Source of the DNA: a virus
Lineage: Duplodnaviria; Caudoviricetes
DNA: 64,000 nucleotides
Reading direction: 5' to 3' (one strand)
Virus record (IMG/VR): IMGVR_UViG_3300032280_000320
Coordinates: 50,332-114,331 of that record
Part shown: piece by piece, positions 57,420-64,000 of the stretch
Numbering within the stretch: position 1 is the stretch's first letter
How the letters are laid out: the number at the start of each line of letters is the position of its first letter
Program-made: the position numbers and the translations under genes
Notes under the pieces: model-generated
The model's database searches: none
Told to the model about the DNA's origin: nothing
Seen by the model: the letters and a program-made list of their open reading frames with translations, nothing else

Positions 57420-57629
57420 ATGGAACTATTTACTGTTGCTTGCTTAAACTATGAAATTTGTGGCGATATGGCTACCTTTGATTCTGATTCAGAATATGAA
57501 ATCTATGGTGATGATTATATCTGCGCTGAATGCTATGCGTCTGAGGAAATGGAATTTTTTGAAACTATTGGCTGGGCAGATTCAGACGCATTAGCGTCTG
57601 CAGGCCATGGAATGGATGAGGATTACTAA
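57420..57629 (+). CDS. Small acidic Cys-containing protein
   Basis: ORF track; CLNYEIC...CAEC; GAAAGG RBS. Confidence 0.65.
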   Translation: MELFTVACLNYEICGDMATFDSDSEYEIYGDDYICAECYASEEMEFFETIGWADSDALASAGHGMDEDY

Positions 57630-57660
57630 TATGTCAGATCTAACCGCTATAATTACCTCT

Positions 57661-58380
57661 ATGAAACTTAAACGGTCCAACGATAGAAAGGTGGCTAACC
57701 TTGTCACAAAAAATGGAAAGCAAGCCGCAATTGCTAACACATTCGGATTACCTGCAGGAAAGGCTTATTCATGTCCTGGCGCTACGTCTATCTGCGAAAG
57801 TGTTTGCTATGCAGGCAAATTGGAAAAGCTCTTCCCTGGTGTAAAAACTAATCTTCTTCACAATTGGGAATTGCTACGCAATGCAGACATGGACACAATG
57901 CTCATTCTATTAGATGAGATGATTGTTGAATTTATTGCTGATTGTGAGAAGAAAGACGCTCCTAAATTATTCCGTATCCACTGGGACGGTGATTTTTTCA
58001 ATGATACTTATACATATGCGTGGAAAGTAATTATTAATAATCATCCTGATATTCAATTTTGGGTTTACACACGTGTAAAGTCTGCAGCGCTTATTCTTAA
58101 GGATGTTGCTAACCTATCTCTTTATTATTCCACCGACGATGATAATAAAGAAATTGGCCATGAGTTAAAAGTAAATGAAGGTATTCGCCTTGCATATCTT
58201 GGGAAGACATTCGCCGTAACTGAGGGCACCATGAAAGAATTGACTGGTAAGCCTGGCGCTAAGTGTCCTGAGAATATGAAAAGCATTCCACTTATTAGCA
58301 ATGCAGGTTCTGCATGCGTGTCATGCGGTCTCTGCGTATATGGTAAGGCTGATGTTAGATTTTCTGCGAGTAAGAAATGA
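57661..58380 (+). CDS. Mycobacteriophage gp88-like protein (CxxxxxxCxxxC, radical-SAM-like); probable leaderless start 57661
   Basis: FGLPAG...SCPGATSICESVCYA...FRIHWDGDF...FWVYTR...CVSCGLC; TATAAT 7 nt before the ATG. Confidence 0.75.
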   Translation: MKLKRSNDRKVANLVTKNGKQAAIANTFGLPAGKAYSCPGATSICESVCYAGKLEKLFPGVKTNLLHNWELLRNADMDTMLILLDEMIVEFIADCEKKDAPKLFRIHWDGDFFNDTYTYAWKVIINNHPDIQFWVYTRVKSAALILKDVANLSLYYSTDDDNKEIGHELKVNEGIRLAYLGKTFAVTEGTMKELTGKPGAKCPENMKSIPLISNAGSACVSCGLCVYGKADVRFSASKK

Positions 58381-58472
58381 CGGATATACTGGGGGCAATT
58401 ATTGGAGTCGGGATCTTAATTGCATTACTGGTCCCGCTTCCAATAATTATTTATACAATATTTAAACAATAG
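58377..58472 (+). CDS. 31-aa membrane peptide
   Basis: ATGA overlap; MTDILGAIIGVGILIALLVPLPIIIYTIFKQ. Confidence 0.5.
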   Translation: MTDILGAIIGVGILIALLVPLPIIIYTIFKQ

Positions 58473-58661
58473 CGGCGTGTCGGCTTGACAAGATCAAGCT
58501 GGCCCGCAATGTTGCGGGGTTATCCACAGGCTTACGGGAGTTATCCACAATCCCTTGAAATTGTGAGTATTATCACAAAAGCTGCGACACGCCCATAATG
58601 GATTAGGTAATGTCAGTGGCATAGTGTAAAATACTCTTATCAACCAAACGAAAGGCAACAA

Positions 58662-58886
58662 ATGTCAAATGTAATCCGTGTTCCACACACAATAGTATTC
58701 GAGGCTATTATTAATCTTGATACTATTCCCGCTAACCTACTACCTGCGCTAATTGCTCTTGATGAAGCAACAATGACGCAAATGTGCAAAGAAGCAACAC
58801 TACACGCACTTGGTATGTCTAATGTATTACCACTTGCTAATGAACACAACACTTGGGCAGAAGTAACAATTAAGGAAGGTAACTAA
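58662..58886 (+). CDS. Hypothetical protein
   Basis: ORF track; GAAAGG RBS and promoter. Confidence 0.65.
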   Translation: MSNVIRVPHTIVFEAIINLDTIPANLLPALIALDEATMTQMCKEATLHALGMSNVLPLANEHNTWAEVTIKEGN

Positions 58887-58888
58887 TA

Positions 58889-59155
58889 ATGGGATACACA
58901 ACAGCATTAGCATTAGAAGAAGAATTGTCTTTAGAGGCAGGACTTGCTTATCACTTGCAGGGTAATCATTACCCACCCGTTCCCGTCTCAATGGTGCAAC
59001 CTTGCATAGACGCTATTGATGCGTTCTATGATGAGGATTTTGATCGTGAGATTAATTTACCTGAAGGTATCTCTTGGCGAGGTAAAACTTCAGCACCCGC
59101 ATCTGCCATAATTGATGCTCACCACTTAGACCCGTGGCTACCTGAGTGTGATTAA
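58889..59155 (+). CDS. Hypothetical protein
   Basis: HLQGNHYPPVP...AIIDAHHLDPW. Confidence 0.7.
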   Translation: MGYTTALALEEELSLEAGLAYHLQGNHYPPVPVSMVQPCIDAIDAFYDEDFDREINLPEGISWRGKTSAPASAIIDAHHLDPWLPECD

Positions 59156-59250
59156 CCTCACACAATAATTTTCTCAAATACTGAGATAGGGCTAGACAAA
59201 TGTCATACCCCAATGTTATACTACCTACCTAACAAAGAAAAGAGGCAAAA

Positions 59251-59427
59251 ATGACAATCAACGACAAGTTGTATCAGGTTGGCGATTTATTCACCACCCT
59301 AAAGTCAAAGAAAACAGGTGTGATTAAGGAAATCCACCCACAGGCATCTGGCTCGGTGCGTGTGTTGCTAGAAATGCCAAACAAGGAAACTCGCTGGACT
59401 TCGGTATCAGCAAGCACTTTGGCATAA
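59251..59427 (+). CDS. Small SH3/KOW-like protein (58 aa)
   Basis: AGAGG RBS; YQVGDLFTTLKSKKTGVIKEI...VRVLLE...TRWTSV. Confidence 0.6.
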   Translation: MTINDKLYQVGDLFTTLKSKKTGVIKEIHPQASGSVRVLLEMPNKETRWTSVSASTLA

Positions 59428-59567
59428 AACTAAATAATCGAAACAGGGGCAGTTTAAGAGAGTGTTCTCGCCCAATGTCGTAAGTAAGAACTCTCTCCCT
59501 TCGGGGAAATGTCAGACCCCCCTGCTATACTATCCACTAACAACAACCCATCAACGAAAGGTAACAA

Positions 59568-59984
59568 ATGTCAAGAGCAATCACAGTAAAGGTGGCAACA
59601 CCTAAAGTAATCAAGGCACTAGAAACTCGTCTAGCAACACTAGAAAAAGACTATGCTAGTCAAACAGCAAATGAAGCAAAGTTCCAAAAGGCACACGAAG
59701 CGTGGAAAAAGGAAATTGGTAAGTGGGCTATTGCTAACTTCTCAAAGGCTGAGAACCTTCGCACATCTTATCGCTCTTGGAACAACACTCTCAATGTTGA
59801 TTTTGACATCATCACAAAAGAGGGAACTTTCCCTACCGAACCTGAAAAGGATTTCGAGGTTATCCATCAGCACACTTATCGTGAGATGAAAGAGGACATC
59901 ACAAATGCTCTCACCATCTTAAAGATGACAGATGAGGAAACAGTAAATGCTTCTACAATGAAGCAAATTGCTAAGTATCTCTAA
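59568..59984 (+). CDS. Hypothetical protein
   Basis: ORF track; GAAAGG RBS and promoter. Confidence 0.7.
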   Translation: MSRAITVKVATPKVIKALETRLATLEKDYASQTANEAKFQKAHEAWKKEIGKWAIANFSKAENLRTSYRSWNNTLNVDFDIITKEGTFPTEPEKDFEVIHQHTYREMKEDITNALTILKMTDEETVNASTMKQIAKYL

Positions 59985-60083
59985 ATAATTTGGGGGGCAG
60001 AACTAAAGTCCTGAACCCAAACGACCTGAGTAAGTCGCCAAACTGCTCTCCCTTATGGGACAACTACTAACAAAGGTAATACA

Positions 60084-60344
60084 ATGGCAAATCGTTTTAG
60101 AGTTGAAATCTATGACGCAAACAAAATGAATGACATCACAATCTATTCAGATCAAGGTGTCGATAAAGAATACTTAACTGAATTAGTATTCAGCAACATC
60201 AGAAACTTTAGCGGAAGAGTTAATGCTTATGTTTTTGATAATGTAAAAAAGAAAAAGACAACTGCATTATTTTTTGATGAGGATACAGTTGAAAAAGTTA
60301 ATTCAATTACACGTGGCTTAAAGAAAATGGAGTTGGGGTTCTAA
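60084..60344 (+). CDS. Hypothetical protein
   Basis: ORF track; AAAGG RBS. Confidence 0.65.
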   Translation: MANRFRVEIYDANKMNDITIYSDQGVDKEYLTELVFSNIRNFSGRVNAYVFDNVKKKKTTALFFDEDTVEKVNSITRGLKKMELGF

Positions 60345-60524
60345 ATCCCAGCTTTGCCCGCAGTATTGCGGGGTTATCCACAGGTTTATGAGGGGCTGTG
60401 GAAAACCCTGAAAGTTTGTGAGATTACTCACATGGATCAAATCGGACAAATGACTATCTAATCTAGACAATGTCAGTGCCACCTGTTATACTTACTTAAT
60501 CAACCAATCGAAAGGAATAAATCC

Positions 60525-61529
60525 ATGGCTCATAATCTAGAAATGGAAAATGGCGAAGTTGCATTTGCACTTCGTGGCGCACCTGCTTGGCATAATCTTG
60601 CCAATCGTATTTTCTCACAAGATGAGGAAGTAACTACACAATCTATGCTTGAAGAAGCAAAGTTATCAAATTGGAATGTTCGTCTATCTCCAATCACTGA
60701 GCACATTCCAGAATCTTGGAATGATGTATCTACTGCATCTCTTGTCATTCGTGATAATCCATTCAATGGCGGAACTGATGTTCTTGCTACTGTTGGTAAG
60801 CGTTACAAGCCTGTGCAGAATGAAGAACTATTTGCATTCGCTGATGCAATTCACGATGCCAATGCTGATTGCCGTTGGGAATCTGCTGGCTCACTAAAGA
60901 AGGGCAAAGTCGTGTTTGGAACTGTAGACATTCCTCGCACAATGGTTATCGACCCACAAGGCGCTAACGATGAGACTAAACTCTATCTAATTGTTTGGAC
61001 ATCACACGATGGTTCTGTAGCGGTGCAGGCTGCCGTTACTCCTGTTCGTGTTGTTTGCCAAAACACTCTTAACCTTGCAATGAAAAGCGCAAAGCAATCT
61101 TTCAAGATTCGCCACACGCAATCTGTTGAAGGTCGCATTCAAGTTGCTCGTGAAACTCTTGGGCTTGCTCTTGGATACTTTGATGAATTTGAAAAAGAGG
61201 CTCAGGCTCTTTACACTCAGGCAATTACTGATGCTGAATTCTCTAAGTTGATTCGAGCAATCTATCCTAAGCCTGAAAAGGATTCTAAGGGTGCGCTAAA
61301 GAAGTGGGAAAATAAGGTTGTTCTACTTGATGACCTTTATCATAACTCACCAACTAACGCTACAATCAAGGGAACTAAGTGGGGCGCATTTAATGCACTT
61401 ACTGAGCGACTTGATTACTATCGTTCAGGTCGTGGTAATTCTGAATCACTAATGGCTGGTGCATCAGGATTTGACCCTGTACTAACCGCAGAGAAAAATA
61501 AAATTCTCAAGTTAGTAAAATCATTTTAA
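60525..61529 (+). CDS. DUF932/DUF945-family phage-plasmid protein
   Basis: PAWHNL...YKPVQNEELF...ESAGSLKKGK...TSHDGS...TPVRVVCQNTL...IRHT...GTKWGAFNALTE. Confidence 0.85.
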   Translation: MAHNLEMENGEVAFALRGAPAWHNLANRIFSQDEEVTTQSMLEEAKLSNWNVRLSPITEHIPESWNDVSTASLVIRDNPFNGGTDVLATVGKRYKPVQNEELFAFADAIHDANADCRWESAGSLKKGKVVFGTVDIPRTMVIDPQGANDETKLYLIVWTSHDGSVAVQAAVTPVRVVCQNTLNLAMKSAKQSFKIRHTQSVEGRIQVARETLGLALGYFDEFEKEAQALYTQAITDAEFSKLIRAIYPKPEKDSKGALKKWENKVVLLDDLYHNSPTNATIKGTKWGAFNALTERLDYYRSGRGNSESLMAGASGFDPVLTAEKNKILKLVKSF

Positions 61530-61538
61530 CTAAATGAT

Positions 61539-61572
61539 TAACGGGGGAGAGAAATCTCCCCCGTTTTTATTT
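61539..61572 (+). terminator. Intrinsic terminator
   Basis: AACGGGGGAGA-GAAA-TCTCCCCCGTT then TTTATTT. Confidence 0.85.
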
Positions 61573-61645
61573 GGTTCGTTAGCTTAGTGGTTAAAGCGCT
61601 ACCCTGTCACGGTAGAGATCATGGGTTCAAATCCCATACGAATCG
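61573..61645 (+). tRNA. tRNA-Asp (anticodon GUC)
   Basis: GGTTCGT/ACGAATC acceptor; CTACC-CT GTC AC-GGTAG anticodon arm; ATGGG-TTCAAAT-CCCAT T-arm; CCA not encoded. Confidence 0.88.
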
Positions 61646-61801
61646 CAATAAATATTTATGCATAAGTGTGCATAAATATTCGCCCGCAATGTTAAGGGAA
61701 AATTTTTTGTGTTACGGATCACATAAAAAAAGCCCTGAAAAGTATAGACAGATGTCAGTGGGGTCCGCTATAATACTCCTATACAAACGAAAGAGGTAAA
61801 A

Positions 61802-62227
61802 ATGTCAAATAGAACTAAAGGATACACTGGAACAATTGTTGACGGCAAGAAGCTTGCTGAAATTGCAAACGGTATTTATAATCTACAATACAGTTCAGAT
61901 TTTTCTGAGTGCACAGTAGATAATCTATTGTTCATTGAACTAGAAGAGAAGAATGTTTTTGGTGATCCAAAATATGCTCTTGTATGTTCAGAAGGTGTTG
62001 GTTGGGAACAAGATACATATGGTTGCCTGGAAGTACCTACTAATATTGGTGCTATGGGCCTATGGAATGGAAGAGTATTCATTTCAGTAGATACTGTTAA
62101 GTCTTGCCTTACTGATAAGACTGAGGATATATCAGATTACATTAGAGTCTTTGGTTCCCGCCTTGATTCTAACTGCTCCCTATGGCAGTCCAAAATGTCA
62201 GTGGTCTCTGATAGAATACTCGTATGA
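61802..62227 (+). CDS. Hypothetical protein
   Basis: ORF track; GAGG RBS and promoter. Confidence 0.65.
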   Translation: MSNRTKGYTGTIVDGKKLAEIANGIYNLQYSSDFSECTVDNLLFIELEEKNVFGDPKYALVCSEGVGWEQDTYGCLEVPTNIGAMGLWNGRVFISVDTVKSCLTDKTEDISDYIRVFGSRLDSNCSLWQSKMSVVSDRILV

Positions 62228-62886
62228 CCAACGAACTCATATCATCTAAATATACATTTGTCTGTGACCCAGATGAATGCGACTGCTTAATTGAATTAAC
62301 ATCATCAGACGGGTTTGGATTCCCTTCTGGTGTGACAGAACTCACATGTCCATGTGGCCGTAAGACTACCTTATTGTCAGTGGAGCATGCTACAATTGCA
62401 CCTTCAACCCAAACGAAAGAGGAAAAAATGGAAGATACAACAACACCTGCAGTAACAGTTCCTGCTACATATAACCCTAATCTATTGGTAACTTACAAAG
62501 TTATCCGTGGTTACTCAGATGCAGAATATGCAACTGACAAGGTCACATCAATTGAATGGGACCTACACAATGCACGTCAAGCACAAAAGCACAATAGTGT
62601 TTATCAAGACAAGATTAACACAGTAAAAGATATTATCACTGAGGCATATGGAGATTCAGACGACCAAGAAACTCTTCGCTCAATTGCTGAAGCGCTTGAC
62701 ATTGCTTTGACACGAGATGTTGAGTGGTCTGCAACAATTGAGGTTAGCGGAACTATTCAATTAGATTTGCTTGCTGATTCAGATACAGATGTAGAACAAG
62801 AAATCTACGATAATCTTTATGTTGATTCACAAAATGGCAACATTGAAATTGTTGACACTGAAGTATGTAATGTTCGTGAGAACTAA
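62224..62886 (+). CDS. Hypothetical protein with N-terminal Zn-ribbon and internal in-frame start at 62428
   Basis: CDPDECD...CPCG; internal promoter at 62375 and GAAAGAGG RBS before MEDTTTP. Confidence 0.65.
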   Translation: MTNELISSKYTFVCDPDECDCLIELTSSDGFGFPSGVTELTCPCGRKTTLLSVEHATIAPSTQTKEEKMEDTTTPAVTVPATYNPNLLVTYKVIRGYSDAEYATDKVTSIEWDLHNARQAQKHNSVYQDKINTVKDIITEAYGDSDDQETLRSIAEALDIALTRDVEWSATIEVSGTIQLDLLADSDTDVEQEIYDNLYVDSQNGNIEIVDTEVCNVREN

Positions 62887-63089
62887 TGTACTTTGAACTT
62901 ACCGCTCCTGATAGGCTCTCCATGGAGAGAGCCTATTGGGATGCAGAGATAACTGGGCTAGACCCTGAGCAATGCGGGCCGTTGACTTTCAACATTGGAA
63001 CTGGTAGTATTGAGAAAGTAAGTCGCATTCGTGACAAGTATAATTTAAAAGAATCATACTGGTCAGACAAAGAAGCGACAGGATACTAG
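62886..63089 (+). CDS. Hypothetical protein
   Basis: ORF track; TAATG coupling. Confidence 0.65.
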   Translation: MYFELTAPDRLSMERAYWDAEITGLDPEQCGPLTFNIGTGSIEKVSRIRDKYNLKESYWSDKEATGY

Positions 63090-63097
63090 GAGATAAT

Positions 63098-63244
63098 ATG
63101 TCAGACTATAGAGATGGATTTGATGACGGGTATAAGTTTGCTCGTGAAGAACTAATTGAGAAGTTATCAGAGATTGATATTTCTGATATCGACACTTGGA
63201 TTCTTGACCGTCTCTCAGAGATGATTGAAGGTGGAACACTGTGA
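63098..63244 (+). CDS. Small acidic protein (48 aa)
   Basis: AGGAG RBS; MSDYRDGFDDGYKFAREELIEKL... Confidence 0.6.
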   Translation: MSDYRDGFDDGYKFAREELIEKLSEIDISDIDTWILDRLSEMIEGGTL

Positions 63245-63432
63245 TGGCTGAATGGCTTAAGTGTGATCAGTGTGCAGCTCAGGCAATGTGGGAAGCAAAG
63301 AAAGATGAGATGTCTCTTTATTTCTGCGGGCACCACAAGAATTCACAGGGAGAGTCCCTTGTGGACTGGGCCCAAGAAATGGTACAATTGCTTAACTACG
63401 AGCAAAATCAACTACTAGCAAAGGCGGAATAA
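63241..63432 (+). CDS. Small Zn-binding protein
   Basis: CDQC...LYFCGHH. Confidence 0.65.
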   Translation: MMAEWLKCDQCAAQAMWEAKKDEMSLYFCGHHKNSQGESLVDWAQEMVQLLNYEQNQLLAKAE

Positions 63433-63433
63433 A

Positions 63434-63832
63434 ATGGGAGATAGAGCAAACTTCGGATTTAAACAGAGCAATGGTGACGTTATTGTTTTGTACGGTCACT
63501 GGGCTGGCCACGAGATGTTAGCGCAATTGGCTAGCGCTGTTGAAGCGGCACGTCCTAGGTGGACCGATGAGGGATATGCAACACGTATTGCTATCTCTCA
63601 CCTAGTGGGCCAAGATTGGGAATCAACAACTGGTTGGGGAATTTATATTAATACAATTCCTGACAATGAGCACAAGATTCCTCTAATCGATTGGCGCAGT
63701 GGGACCTTTAGTCTTCATGAGGAAGCATCTTATGATGAAGATACAAAAGTAAATGGCATGGCGGATGAGCCGATGTTTACACAAACATTGGATGCATTTG
63801 TAAATAAATATTCCTTGATACTTTCTAAGTAA
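63434..63832 (+). CDS. Hypothetical protein
   Basis: MGDRANF...LYGHWAG...RWTDEGYATRI. Confidence 0.7.
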   Translation: MGDRANFGFKQSNGDVIVLYGHWAGHEMLAQLASAVEAARPRWTDEGYATRIAISHLVGQDWESTTGWGIYINTIPDNEHKIPLIDWRSGTFSLHEEASYDEDTKVNGMADEPMFTQTLDAFVNKYSLILSK

Positions 63833-64000
63833 CACGGAACCATATGGTGCCTCTATCAGTCATTAAATGGCCAGGGGTTAAATAAAGCAGAGTTCTTTTA
63901 CTTTCGTTGGTGAAACTCTAGCAGCCTATATAAAAGCTTGACAAATCATGATCTGGCCCGCAAAAACATAAGGGTAACATATTTTGTTTACGAGGTCAAT

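Larger units (their letters stand above)
58520..60405. promoter_or_regulatory. DnaA-box 9-mers
   Basis: TTATCCACA at 58520, 58541 and 60374; inverted one-mismatch TGTGGAAAA at 60397. Confidence 0.65.
54747..61723. promoter_or_regulatory. Array of CRP/GlxR-type boxes TGTGA-N6-TCACA
   Basis: Perfect copies at 54747, 55005, 55851, 55874, 58562, 59147 and 60417; one-mismatch copies at 55697, 57311 and 61708. Confidence 0.8.
54796..62396 (+). promoter_or_regulatory. Repeated early-type promoters TGTCAG-N10-TAnnnT (14 copies)
   Basis: TGTCAG at 54796, 55038, 55937, 56056, 56627, 57369, 57632, 58611, 59201 (TGTCAT), 59510, 60471, 61753, 62196 and 62375, each exactly 10 nt before a -10 hexamer. Confidence 0.85.
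55720..64000 (+). repeat. Dispersed composite intergenic cassette (GGCGTGTCG / CTTGACA..TCAAG / GGCCCGCAA..GCGGGG / CCCTGAAA)
   Basis: Related copies at about 55720-55830, 57280-57362, 58472-58592, 60350-60415, 61680-61740 and from 63935 to the window end. Confidence 0.75.

Noticed and set aside
59446-60060. Group I intron or hammerhead ribozyme in the structured intergenic elements
   Set aside because: P/Q/R/S elements are not present in order, there is no CUGAnGA...GAAA core, and the flanking genes are intact.
61587-61799. 70-aa ORF after the DUF932 gene (also 58640..58852, 61876..62082, 63106..63336 on the minus strand)
   Set aside because: The first overlaps tRNA-Asp and a regulatory cassette. 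The others are antisense to well-supported plus-strand genes.
1-64000. Stop-codon reassignment or prophage/host boundary
   Set aside because: Genes are full length under the standard code with TAA, TAG and TGA all used as stops. No integrase, att site or host housekeeping genes are seen.

Overview
This window is about 64 kb of a large, AT-rich tailed (siphovirus-like) phage genome. The host is most likely an actinobacterium; this is inferred from the GAAAGG Shine-Dalgarno sites, many leaderless genes, and gp88- and DUF932-like genes. Bases 1-50,400 are a minus-strand virion module: tail proteins, a giant 3,865-aa tape measure protein (TMP), frameshifted tail chaperones, major tail protein, head-tail proteins, capsid, protease and portal. 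Upstream of the portal lies a ~22 kb block of fibre/decoration genes containing seven 2OG-Fe(II) prolyl-hydroxylase-like genes and two proteins ending in (PP[F/H/Y]F)n-PPRFGFRY tails, followed by a class II ribonucleotide reductase and a glycosyltransferase. Bases 50,400-54,600 hold a lytic transglycosylase, a candidate sRNA, four more 2OG oxygenases and a tRNA-Ile(UAU). From 54,600 onward is a plus-strand early-type region of small genes. Its intergenic DNA carries a perfect parS palindrome, seven perfect CRP boxes, three perfect DnaA boxes and 14 copies of a TGTCAG-N10-TAnnnT promoter. The best candidates for new biology are (1) a virion-protein hydroxylation system (PPxF tails plus oxygenase array), (2) a TMP built from GG-motif-delimited cargo cassettes including kinase-like and OmpA domains, and (3) a control region that copies host chromosome and master-regulator sites. 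All family calls come from reading motifs by eye; no database search was run.
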